A stretch of 64,000 nt of DNA from Pristiophorus japonicus. Taxonomy: Eukaryota. The notes beneath the pieces are model-generated. The model ran no database searches, had not been told where the DNA came from, and worked only from the letters and a program-made list of their open reading frames with translations. Where the stretch lies: the NCBI RefSeq assembly GCF_044704955.1, contig NC_091984.1, positions 145,080,001 through 145,144,000 on the forward strand. Reading direction: 5' to 3'. A program made the translations under genes and the position numbers. Below are positions 49,690-60,734 of the stretch, piece after piece (within the stretch, counting starts at the first letter, position 1; every line of letters begins with the position of its first letter).

Positions 49690-52600
49690 ATCTACCTGGC
49701 CTGCTACCTTCAGGGATCTGTCAACATGCATACCAAGGTCCCGTTGTTCCACAAAACTCCTCAGTGTCCCACAATTTAATATGTATTCCCTTGTCTTGTT
49801 ATCATTCCCCAAAAGCATTAACTCACACTTCTCTGGATTAAATTCCATTTGCCAATGTTCTGCCCACCTGACCATTTCATTGATATCTTCCTGCAGTCTA
49901 CAGCTTTCTTCTAAATTATAAACAACACAGCCGATTTTAGAATCGTCTGCAAACTTCTTAATCATACCCCCTGCATTCAAGTCTAAATCATTGATATATA
50001 CCACAAAAAGTAAGGGACCTAGTACTGAGCCCTGCGGAACCCCACTGAAACAACTTCTAGTCACAAAAACACCCATCAACCATTACCCTTTGTTTCCTGC
50101 CTCTGAGCCAATTTTGAATCCAACTTTCCATTTTGCCCTGGATCCCATGGGCTTTTACTTTCGTGACCAGTCTGCACTGTGGGACCTTATCAAAAGTCTT
50201 GCTAAAATCCATATACACGACATCATACTCACTGCCCTCATCGATCCTCTTTATTACTTCCTCGATGAATTCAATGAACAAATCCATGCTGATGGTCCTT
50301 GATTAATCCGTCTATCTAAATGAAGATTATCCTGTCTCTCAGGATTTTTCCAATAATTTTCCCACCATGAGGTTAGGCTGATTGGCCTGTAATTACTCGG
50401 TCTATCCCTTTCTCACTTTTAAACAAAGGTACAACATTAGCAGCCCTCCAGTCATCTGGCACCAGACCTGTAGCCAGAGTGGATTGGAAAATGTTGGTCA
50501 GAGCCTCTGCTATTTCCTCTTTTGATTCTCTTAACAGCCTGGAATACATTTTATCCGGGCCTGGGGATTTATCCACATTCAAAGCTGCTAAGCCCCTTAA
50601 TACTTCCTCTCTCACTATGTTTATTTCATCTAATATTTCACACTCCTCCTCCCTGATTGCAATGTCTGCATCGCCCCTCTCTTTTGTGAAAAGAGACGCA
50701 AAGTTTTCATTGAGAACCATTTCCACATCTGATGCCGCCACACACAGATTACCTTTATGGTCTCTAATAGGCTCTACTCTCTCTTTAATTATCCTCTTGC
50801 TCTTAATGTATTTATAAAACAGCTTTGTGTTTTCCTTGATTTTACTTGCCAAAATGTTTTCATGCTCTCTCTTTGCTTTCCTAATTTCCTTTTTAATTGC
50901 ACCCCTGCACTTTCTATACTCCTCTAAAGTTCCTGCAGTATTGAGCCCTCGGTATCTATCATAAGCCTCCCTTTTTTACTTTATCCTACACTGTATTTCC
51001 CTTGACATCGAGGGGCCTCTAGATTTGTTAGTCCCACGCTTTTTCTTTAAGGGAACAGACTTACTCTGAAACCACAGGATTTCCTCCTTGAATGCCTCCC
51101 ACTGCTCTGACACTGATTTACCTTCAAGTAGCCATTTCCAGCCCACTTTGGCCAAATCACATCTCAGCTCAGCAAAATTGGCTTTTCCCCAATTGAGAAC
51201 TTTTATTCCGGTCTATCTTTGTCCTTTTCCATAACTACCCTAAATCGAATTGAATTATGATCACTGGCACCAAAATGCTTTCCCACTGATACCCCTTCCA
51301 CCTACCCCTCTTCATTCCCCAAAACCAAGTCCAGAACCGTCCCCTCCCTTGTTGGGCTTGTTACATACTGGCTAACAAAGTTCTCCTGAATGCATTTTTG
51401 GAATTCCGCACCCTCTATACCTTTCACACTAATTTTATCCCAGTTATTATTCAGGTAGTTGAAATCCCCTACTATTGCTGCCCTACAGTTTTTGCACTTG
51501 TCAGAAATGTGCCTACAAATTTGCTCTTCTATCTCCCTCTGATGGGATGAGGTCCTACAGGCAGAGTTTAGGGAGCTAGGTGAGAGATTAAAAAGCAAGA
51601 CCTCAAAGGTAGTAATCTCAGTATTATTTCCGGTGCTACGTGCTAGTGAGTACAGAAATAGGAGGATAGAGCAGATGAATGCGTAGCTGTAGAGATGGTG
51701 CAGGAGGGAGGGCTTTAGTGTCCTGAGGCATTGGGATTGTTTCTGTGGGAGGTGGGACCTGTACAAGGCGGACAGGTTGCACCCCAACAGAGCCGGGACC
51801 AATATCCTCGTGGCGCGGTTTGCTAGTGCTGTTGGGGAGGGTTTAAGCTAGCTTGGTAGGGGGATGGGAACTGGAGAATAGATTCAGTCGAGAGAGAAGC
51901 AAAGCTGGAATTGGAAAACAGAAAAGTAGAAAGTGAATCTGGAAGACAGAGGAAACAAAGCCGAGAAAATAGATAGCAAGGCAGTTTGGCAGAGCTCAAT
52001 GGTATATACTTCAATACAAGGAGTATAGGTAAATGGGCTTGTTACATACTGGTTAAAAAAGTTCTCCTGAATGCATCTTAGGAATTCCACACCCTCTATA
52101 CCTTTCACACTAATTTTATCCCAGTTAATATCAGGGTAGTTGAAATCCCCTACTATTACTGCCCTATAGATTTTGCACTTGTCAGAAATGTGCCGACATA
52201 TTTGCTCTTCTCTCTCTCTCTGACTGTTTGGGGGTCTATAGTACACTTCCACCAGTGTGATTACCCCTTTTTCATTCTTCAATTTGACCTATATGGCCTC
52301 ATTTGATGATCTTTCCGACATATCATCCCTCCTCACAGCTGTAATTGTTTCTTTCAAATGTTTCAGAAATGTTTCAGAGATTACTATCTTTGAGGTCTTG
52401 CTTTTTAATCTCTCTCCGAACCACCTAAACTCTGCCTGTAGGACCTCATCCCTCTTTCTACCTATGTCATTGGTACCGATATGGACCACAACCTCTGGTT
52501 GTTCACCCTCCCCCCTCAGAATGTACTGCAGCCACTCAGTGACATCCATGACCCTGGCACCAGGGAGGCAACATACCATCCTGGAGTCATGTCTGCGGCC

Positions 52601-53100
52601 ACAGAAATGCCTGTCTGTTCCCCTAACTATCGAATCCCCTACCACTATTGCTCTTCCACTCTTCTTCCTCCCCCCTGTGCAGCTGAGCCACCCGTGGTGC
52701 CGTGGACTTGGCTCTGGCTGAACTTCCCAGAGGCACCATCGCCCCCACCAGTACTCAGAACAGAATACTGGTTGGAGAGCGAGATGGACTCAGGGGACTC
52801 CTGCACTACTTGACTGGACCTCCTCTTCTGTCTGGTGGTCACCTATTCTCTCTCGGCCTGCACACTCTTAAGCTGCGGGTTGACCACCTCTAGAAACGTG
52901 CTATCCACGAAGTTCTCAGCCTCGCGGATGCACCGTAGTGACTCTAGCCGCCGCTCAATCTCCGAAACGCGGAGCTCGAGTTGCTGTAGCTGGTGACACT
53001 ACCTGCACGTGTGGTCGTCCCGGCCACGAGAAGTGTCCAGGACTTTCCACGTGGCACAGGATGTGCTCTCCACGGGACAGAACTGCCCTGCCATGCCTCT
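49690..53100 (-). mobile_element. Mosaic CR1 LINE(s) with an internal inverted piece
   Basis: VGDSIVRG...CCLPGARV (52289-52645); duplicated endonuclease segment; RT GVPQGSVLGP..KFADDSK (49609-50079). Confidence 0.85.
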
Positions 53101-53261
53101 ATTTAATAGACTGAGAACTAACTTAGTAGAAATAAATTAAAAATAAAATAAAGCAAATAACTGCCTTGCCAACATCACTCAGGCCATAATTTCTGGATTT
53201 ATTCACCCGACTGAGGAAGCACACTGTTGATGGGCCATTAATGGGCCTTAAGTTTTCAGCT

Positions 53262-54165
53262 CAGTCAGCTGTGGCTCAATGGGCAGCACACTCACTTCTG
53301 AGTCTGAAGGTTGTAGGTTTAAGTCCCACTCTAGAGACTAAGCTCAAAAAATCTTGACTGATTGTCCCAGTGCAGAGCTGAGGGAGTGCTGCATTGTTGG
53401 AGGGGCCATCTTTCAGACTAGACATTAAACTGAGCCCCTGTGTGCTCTCTCAGGTGGGCGTGAATGATCCCGTGCCACTATTTTGAAGAAGAGCAGGGGA
53501 GTTCTCCCCGGTGTCCTGGCCAATATTTATCCCTCAATCAACATCACAGAAACAGATTGGGGACAAAATTCCCCCGCCGGGGGCGCTAACGGGGTGTGAC
53601 AGTGTTCTCCCCCAGGAGTGGCGGGTATACCGGCTCCCGCGGGATTTAGCAGAGACGCAAAATGGAAAGTGTCCCGTGAGCCGTGTCCATGCCAGGTCTG
53701 AGGGTCACGAACCGGGCGGCACTTCGCTCGCGGGGTGAAGCTTACCGCGAGGTGCGTGCCGCCGCGCCCCGCCATTTGTTTTTGCCGACTTACCGGTTGG
53801 GCCTTTCTGTGCCGATGTGCGGGGTTGGTGCCGCGATGGTGCAGCCCGACACTCGCCCCCGAGCCCACCCCCAGGGGAAGTGCAGTGCACCACATTGCGC
53901 TCCACTTCCTGTCAGGGGCCGTGACCCCAATTTTGCTACCAGGCAGGAATTGGGCGTGAGAAAAGTTACCGCCCCAATCGGGGCGATACGCAATTTGGGC
54001 CAATTTTCTGGTCATAGTCACATGTGGGAGCTTGCTGTGCACAAACTATCTGTCGTGTCTCCTCCATTACCGCAGTGACTACACTTCAAAAGTACTTCGT
54101 TGGCTGAAAAGCGCTTTCGGACATCCTGAGGTGGTGAAAGGCGCTATATAAATGCAATTCTTTCT
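53262..54165 (+). mobile_element. tRNA-derived SINE interrupted by a GC-rich MITE-like insert (~53559-54006)
   Basis: A/B-box-like head GTGGCTCAATGG...GGTTTAAGTCCC; SINE body split at AACAGATT|TCTGGTCAT; tail GGCGCTATATAAATGCAA. Confidence 0.7.
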
Positions 54166-55314
54166 TTCCAATTCAGCTCAACATCTTTGAATCTCAAACC
54201 CGCGGACAGTGATGGACAGGTAAAGACCCTGTGGTCCATCCAGCCCGTCCCACACAATTGTGATACCTTGTGTATCACAGTCTCGACTCTCCACCCCACC
54301 CAAAACTACCTGATCTCCTGGGAGAGGCGAAAAACCAGCTAAAAAACCCATTGGGGGGGAAATAAATCTGGGAAACTCCTCTCCGACCCCCACCCCGCCC
54401 CCGCTCCCCAGGCGATGTAAACTAGTCCAGGAGGTGACTGTGGCCCTGAATTCCCTGCAGTAACTACCTTCTGTAAGTGGTGATCTCCGCACCGGCCACA
54501 AACAGGTCCTGCTCTCGCTTATGTACAGCTCATGGATTTAAAATTACAAGCTTTCCCCACAGTGTCAAGTGCTGCAAATACTGTGTTACATTATCAGGGT
54601 TATATTCTCACTGTCTATCATTGTCACAACACTCGCTATATAAATGCAAGTTGTTGTTGTGTTCAGGGGCCGCTGTATCTGGCTCAGGCTTCTTATCCAA
54701 CCCCCCTTCCCTTCCCCCTCCATTGGGGGCTGTGCCTTCAGCTGCCTGGGCCCTAACTCCCTGCTCCCTGAACCTCTCTGCCACTCCACCCCTCTCCTCT
54801 TTTAAGATCTCCTTCAAACCCAATCTGTGACTGAGTGTTTTGATCACCCTCCCAGCTCCTCCTCCTTTGGCTCAGCACCACTTTGACCAGATTACGCCTC
54901 TGACAGCTGCCTCGGGATGTTGTTTTAATGTTCCAGTTGCTATAGCAATGCAGGTTGTTGCTGCTGTACCTGGTGGCAGAGCGTCTCTGTGTGGATATAC
55001 CCCGTGCACTGAGCTCCGCGGTGAGGCCTCCCCCAGTGGAATGGCCTGCCGATGCTCGCTGCAGTGCGGGGTGGCTGCTGACCCACCATTCGGTCTGAGA
55101 CACCGCCTCACGAGCGGACGAGGAGATACACGCTGAGATCCACCATCAAATTACACGTAGGGAACTGGAAATGATTCTGCAAACCTGACTGGAGGTTTGG
55201 TACAAATGGGTTTTACAAACCAATCAATTGAGTGACACAGAATTTGTGAAAAAATTTGGTCTTTTCAGAACCAACATCGCCCCCTGTTGGTATGAAGATA
55301 ACACTGCCAATTTC

Positions 55315-56608
55315 CAAAGGGCAAAAAACCTCAGTGGGAGTTGTGTACAGACCTCCAAGCAGTAGTAGTGATGTTGGGGAGGGCATCAAACAGGAAATTA
55401 GGAGTGCATGCAATAAAGGTACAGCAGTTATAATGGGTGACTTTAATATGCACATAGATTGGGCTAGCCAAACTGGAAGCAATACGGTGGAGGAGGATTT
55501 CCTGGAGTGCATAAGGGATGGTTTTCTAGACCAATATGTCGAGGAACCAACTAGTGGGGAGGCCATCTTAGACTGGGTGTTGTGTAATGAGAGAGGATTA
55601 ATTAGCAATCTCATTGTGCGAGGCCCCTTGGGGAAGAGTGACCATAATATGGTGGAATTCTGCATTAGGATGTAGAATGAAACAGTTAATTCAGAGACCA
55701 TGGTCCAGAACTTAAAGAAGGGTAACTTTGAAGGTATGAGGCGTGAATTGGCTAGGATAGATTGGCGAATGATACTTAAGGGGTTGACTGTGGATGGGCA
55801 ATGGCAGACATTTAGAGACCGCATGGATGAATTACAACAATTGTACATTCCTGTCTGGCGTAAAAATAAAAAAGGGAAGGTGGCTCAACCGTGGCTATCT
55901 AGTGAAATCAGGGATAGTATTAAAGCCAAGGAAGTGGCATACAAATTGGCCAGAAATGGCAGCGAACCTGGGGACTGAGAGAAATTTAGAACTCAGCAGA
56001 GGAGGACAAAGGGTTTGATTAGGGCAGGGAAAATGGAGTACGAGAAGAAGCTTGCAGGGAACATTAAGGCGGATTGCAAAAGTTTCTATAGGTATGTAAA
56101 GAGAAAAAGGTTAGTAAGGACAAACGTAGGTCCCCTGCAGTCAGAATCAGGGGAAGTCATAACGGGGAACAAAGAAATGGCAGACCAATTGAACAAGTAC
56201 TTTGGTTCAGTATTCACTACGGAGGACACAAACAACCTTCCGGATATAAAAGGGGTCAGAGGGTCTAGTAAGGAGGAGGAACTGAGGGAAATCTTTATTA
56301 GTCGGGAAATTGTGTTGGGGAAATTGATGGGATTGAAGGCCGATAAATCCCCAGGGCCTGATGGACTGCGTCCCAGAGTACTTAAGGAGGTGCCCTTGGA
56401 AATAGCGGATGCATTGACAGTCATTTTCCAACATTCCATTGACTCTGGATCAGTTCCTATCGAGTGGAGGGTAGCCAATGTAACCCCACTTTTTAAAAAA
56501 GGAGGGAGAGAGAAAGCAGGGAATTATAGACCGGTCAGCCTGACCTCAGTAGTGGGTAAAATGATGGAATCAATTATTAAGGATGTCATAGCAGCGCATT
56601 TGGAAAAT
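55315..56608 (+). mobile_element. CR1 ORF2 fragment (endonuclease to RT start)
   Basis: VVYRPPS..IMGDFN..SDHNMV; KADKSPGPDG...NYRPVSLTSVVGK. Confidence 0.9.
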
Positions 56609-56734
56609 GTCCGATTGTATATGAATGCACCTCAGTGCCACCCCCAAAGCTCGCCAAACAGGACAGTTCTTTCTTGGGGATTTGGATTTAAGGATTTAAA
56701 TTATTGTTGATATAAATGGCCAGAAAGCTGGTGC

Positions 56735-57600
56735 TACAATTCCTCACCTCTCCACTCCACCCGCCGAGGACAATAATGGTATGTTCCGCACCTCTCCCTC
56801 CCTCCCCCCACCCCCTACTTGGGCACAAAAATGGTATGTTCCTCTCCTCTCCTCGTCCCGCCGGGGACAATAATGGTAGGTTCCTCACTTCACCCTCTCC
56901 CGCCCCCGGGAAAATAATTGTATATTCCTCACCGCTCCCTCTCCTCTCCCCACTGGGGGATAATAGAGAACATAAGAAATAGGAGCAGGAGTAGGCCATA
57001 TGGCCCCTTGTGCCTGCTCCGCCATTTAATATGATCATGGCTGATCCGATCATGGACTCAGGTCCACTTCCCTGCCCGCTCCCAATAAACCCTGATCGGT
57101 TACGAAACTGTCTATTTCTGTCTAAAATTTATTCAATGACCCAGCTTCCACAGCTCTCTGAGGCAGTGAATTCCACAGATTTACAACCCTCTGAGAGAAG
57201 AAATTTCTCCTCATCTCAGTTTTAAATGGGCGGCCCCTAATTGTAAGATCATGCCCTCTGGTTCCAGTCTCCACTATCATTGGAAACATCCTCTCTGCAT
57301 CCACCTTGTCAAGCCCCCTCATAATCTTATACGTTTCGATAAGATCACCTCTCATTCTTCTGAATTCCAATGAGTAGAGGCCCAACCTCCTCAACCTTTC
57401 CTCATAAGTCAACCCCCGCCCCCTCTCCCCACACCACCCGGGGACAAGAATGGTATGTTCCTCACCACTCCGCACACCCCACCCCCCGGGACAATAATAG
57501 TATGCTTCTCTCCTCTCACTCCCTGGGGACAATAATGGTATGTTCCTCACCACTCCCACTCCTCTTCCCCTGCTCCCCGGGAACAATGATGGTATGTTCT
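56735..57600. repeat. Degenerate GGGACAATAATGGTATGTTCCTC repeat array split by a minus-strand CR1 3' end (56967-57415)
   Basis: Core motif recurs about nine times across both sides of the CR1. Confidence 0.75.
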
Positions 57601-57986
57601 TGTTGGTTCCCCTGGATCATTCTCAGTTACTGAGGAAGTCCATGTAGCCCCTGTTTGGTTCCCCTGGATCATTCCCAGTTACTGAGGAAGCCTTTGCCGA
57701 TCCAATACGTGGGAATACCGAGCGCAGTGTTGAACGACAGCACACCTGGTGACCTGCTCACTGTTTCCATCCATGTACAGCAAAATCTGGACCTTCCGAT
57801 TCCCCCCATGGCCAAGTTCCCCAGCACACTAAGCTCTTCAGCCTGCACTTTATCGCACGGCATCGCAGAGCCGTTGACTTCTTGCGTGGGTTTTGTCCAC
57901 AAACAGTTGGATAGTGTCTGCTCTCAACTGGATTATGTTCTTGGAGAGGCTCAACAGCCTCTCCTTCTGGTTCTCCTTGTTCCCCC

Positions 57987-58690
57987 ACAACAACAACAAC
58001 TTGTATTTATATAGCGCCTTTAACGTAGTGAAACGTCTCAAGGCGCTTCACAGGAGTATTATGTGATACAAATGTTACACCGAGCTGCATATGCAGAAAT
58101 TAGCACAGGTGACCAAAAGCTTGGTCAAAGAGGTAGGTTTTAAGGAGTGTCTTGAAGGAGGAAAGAGAGGTGGCGAGGTGAGAGAGGTTTAGAGAGGGAG
58201 TTCCAGAGCTTGGGGCCCAGGCAACGGAAGGCATGGCCACAAATGGTTGAGCGATTATAATCAGGGATGCTCAGGAGGGCGAATTAGAGGAGTGCAGATA
58301 TCTCAGGGGTTGTGGGGCTGGAGGAGATTAGGAGATAGGGAGGGGCAAGGCCATGGAGGGGTGTGAAAATCAGGTTGAGAATTTTGAAATCGAGGCGTTG
58401 TTTTACCAGCAGCCAATGTAGGTCAGCGAGCACAGGGGTGATGGGTGAGCGGGACATGGTGCGAGTTCGGATTCAGGCAGCCGAGTTTTGGATCACCTCT
58501 AGATTACATAGGATAGAATGTGGGAGGCCAGCCAGGAGTGTGTGGGAATAATTGAGTCTAGAGGTAACAAAGGCATGGATGAGGGTTTCAGCAGCGGATG
58601 AGCTGAGGCAGGGGTGGAGACGGGCGATGTTACGGTGATGGAAATAGATGGTGTTAGTTATGCTGCGGATGTGTGGTCGAAAGCTCAGAC
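57987..58690 (-). mobile_element. L2 LINE 3' fragment with (CAA)n tail
   Basis: AETLIHAFVTSRLNYS...LEVIQNSAA; same tail as the copy at 38330. Confidence 0.85.
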
Positions 58691-59792
58691 TAATCAATGT
58701 GCCCGTCACTTTATGAGACCAGTAATGGGCTCCAATTGTAATGTTGCCCAGGCCCGTGACACACAGAAACTGGACAAGTGTAGAGCAAACACCCCAACAA
58801 TCTGCTCACCAGCGTGTCTGTGAGCTGCAGCTGTGAAACCCGTGGAGATTTGAACAACTCTCCGAAGGAGGAAGCCACGGTGATTGGCTGACAGTCTGGG
58901 ACGGTAAGGATTGGAGCTGCTGCCCTTCCACAATGCCAGGCAGGCTGAGGCCAGAGTATTTCACCATTGCTCTGGCCGGCAGGACAGCCTCCTTGTCGGA
59001 CTTGCCCAGGTCCATCATCTGGTCCCATCCCCCACTTTTCACCGTGTCCTTACTGACTGTTTTATTATTGGTCGGAGCCAGTGGGTCCTTTAGTGCCCCC
59101 ACACAGTCCATGCCCATCTCAGCTTCTCCATGTTTCACAGCCAGCTGAGAAATCTCTCTGGTTGGATTTGCCGTGGGGAGCAGTACCATTGATCAGAGAA
59201 ACATTAACACAGGGGTTGAGATGAATGAGCAGGGCGCAGAATAACAGCGGGAATAATGTAGTCACTGCCTCTGCCAACTCGGGCTTAGTGTTCAGATGGC
59301 AGCCAGGGATCGAAGGGTTAAATAGATTGAAGCTCTCTCCTCGTTGCTCTCTCAGGCACAAATGCACAGTCGTAACACTTTGCTGTGATTGGTCCACCCC
59401 TGCGGTTTCTGTGTTGCCATGGTTTCCATTGTGAGGCCAGGGGACATGAGCCCTCAGTGGTGGTGTGTCCCGCGGGGGTCATGTGCCCATATAAGTCCTG
59501 CCCGTTGTGTGTGTCAGTTTAAGGTGGGTGTTGGGGTTGAAGGCCCAGACCTGAGATACAGACCATACGGACAAGGCAACATTCACAATCCTGGGCAGCC
59601 ATGTTGGATTGAGCAGCTGGTTGTTCCTAATAGACAACCCTCCACACCACAGACTCTCAAAGTCCTTGTGGCAAAAGGTGTAGAAATGGGAGTGTCCCAC
59701 AGACATTTCCAGCAGCATTGCCCCAAATTGGGATTTTCATGTGTCGAGGATTGAAACTGTTTAATGATGTCATGAGGAAGTGGTTGTGACAT

Positions 59793-60133
59793 CAGGAGGT
59801 GGGGCTGTGTGTCCATTATTATATATTATATATAACTGTGGGGTGAGTCAGTACAGGAGGTGGGGCTGTGTGTCCATTATTATATATTATATATAACTGT
59901 GGGGTGAGTCAGTACAGGAGGTGGGGCTGTGTGTCCATTATTATATATTATATATAACTGTGGGGTGAGTCAGTACAGGAGGTGGGGCTGTGTGTCCATT
60001 ATTATATATTATATATAACTGTGGGGTGAGTCAGTACAGGAGGTGGGGCTGTGTGTCCATTATTATATATTATATATAACTGTGGGGTAAGTCAGTACAG
60101 GAGGTGGCACTTGTGTCCATTATTATATATTAT
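59793..60133. repeat. 61-bp minisatellite, 5 near-identical copies plus a partial copy
   Basis: Unit CAGGAGGTGGGGCTGTGTGTCCATTATTATATATTATATATAACTGTGGGGTGAGTCAGTA. Confidence 0.95.
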
Positions 60134-60179
60134 TGTAATATTGTGTAATATATAGAGTAATATATCAATGTAATATATC

Positions 60180-60730
60180 ATGGTCTACAGGGCTGTAATA
60201 ATACCCGCCCTCCTGTATGGCTCAGAGGCATGGACCATGTACTCGTCCAGGCTAACATACCTAGCATTGAAGCACTGACCTCACTCGATCAGCTCTGCTG
60301 GGCAGGCCACATAGCTCGCATGCTTGCCACGAGACTCCCAAAGGATGTGCTCTACTTGTTGCTTCTCCACGGTAAACGAGCCAAAGGTGGGCAATGGAAA
60401 CGTTACAAGGACACGCTCAAAGCCTCCCTGATAAAGTGCGACATCCCCACTGACACCTGGGAGTCCCTGGCCAAAGTCCGCCCTAAGTGGAGGAAGTGCA
60501 TCCGGGAGGGCACTGAGCACCTCGAGTCTCAACGCCGACAGCATGCAGAAACCAAGCGCAGGCAACGGAAATAGCGTGTGGCAAACCAATCCCACCCACC
60601 CCTTCGCTCAACGACTATCTGTCCCACCTGTGACAGGGAATGTGGCTCTCGTATTGGACTGTTCAGCCACCTAAGGACTCATTTTAAGAGTGGAAGCAAG
60701 TCTTCCTCGGTTCTGAGGGACTGTCCATGA
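60180..60730 (+). mobile_element. RTE-clade LINE 3' fragment
   Basis: MVYRAVIIPALLYGSE; QLCWAGHIARM...RLPK...GGQWKRYKDTLK; C-terminal CPTC...H. Confidence 0.85.
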
Positions 60731-60734
60731 GAAA

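Noticed and set aside
57600-57690. Minus-strand GGAACCAAA resembling a J segment (xGTK)
   Set aside because: No FGxG, no RSS, no splice donor.
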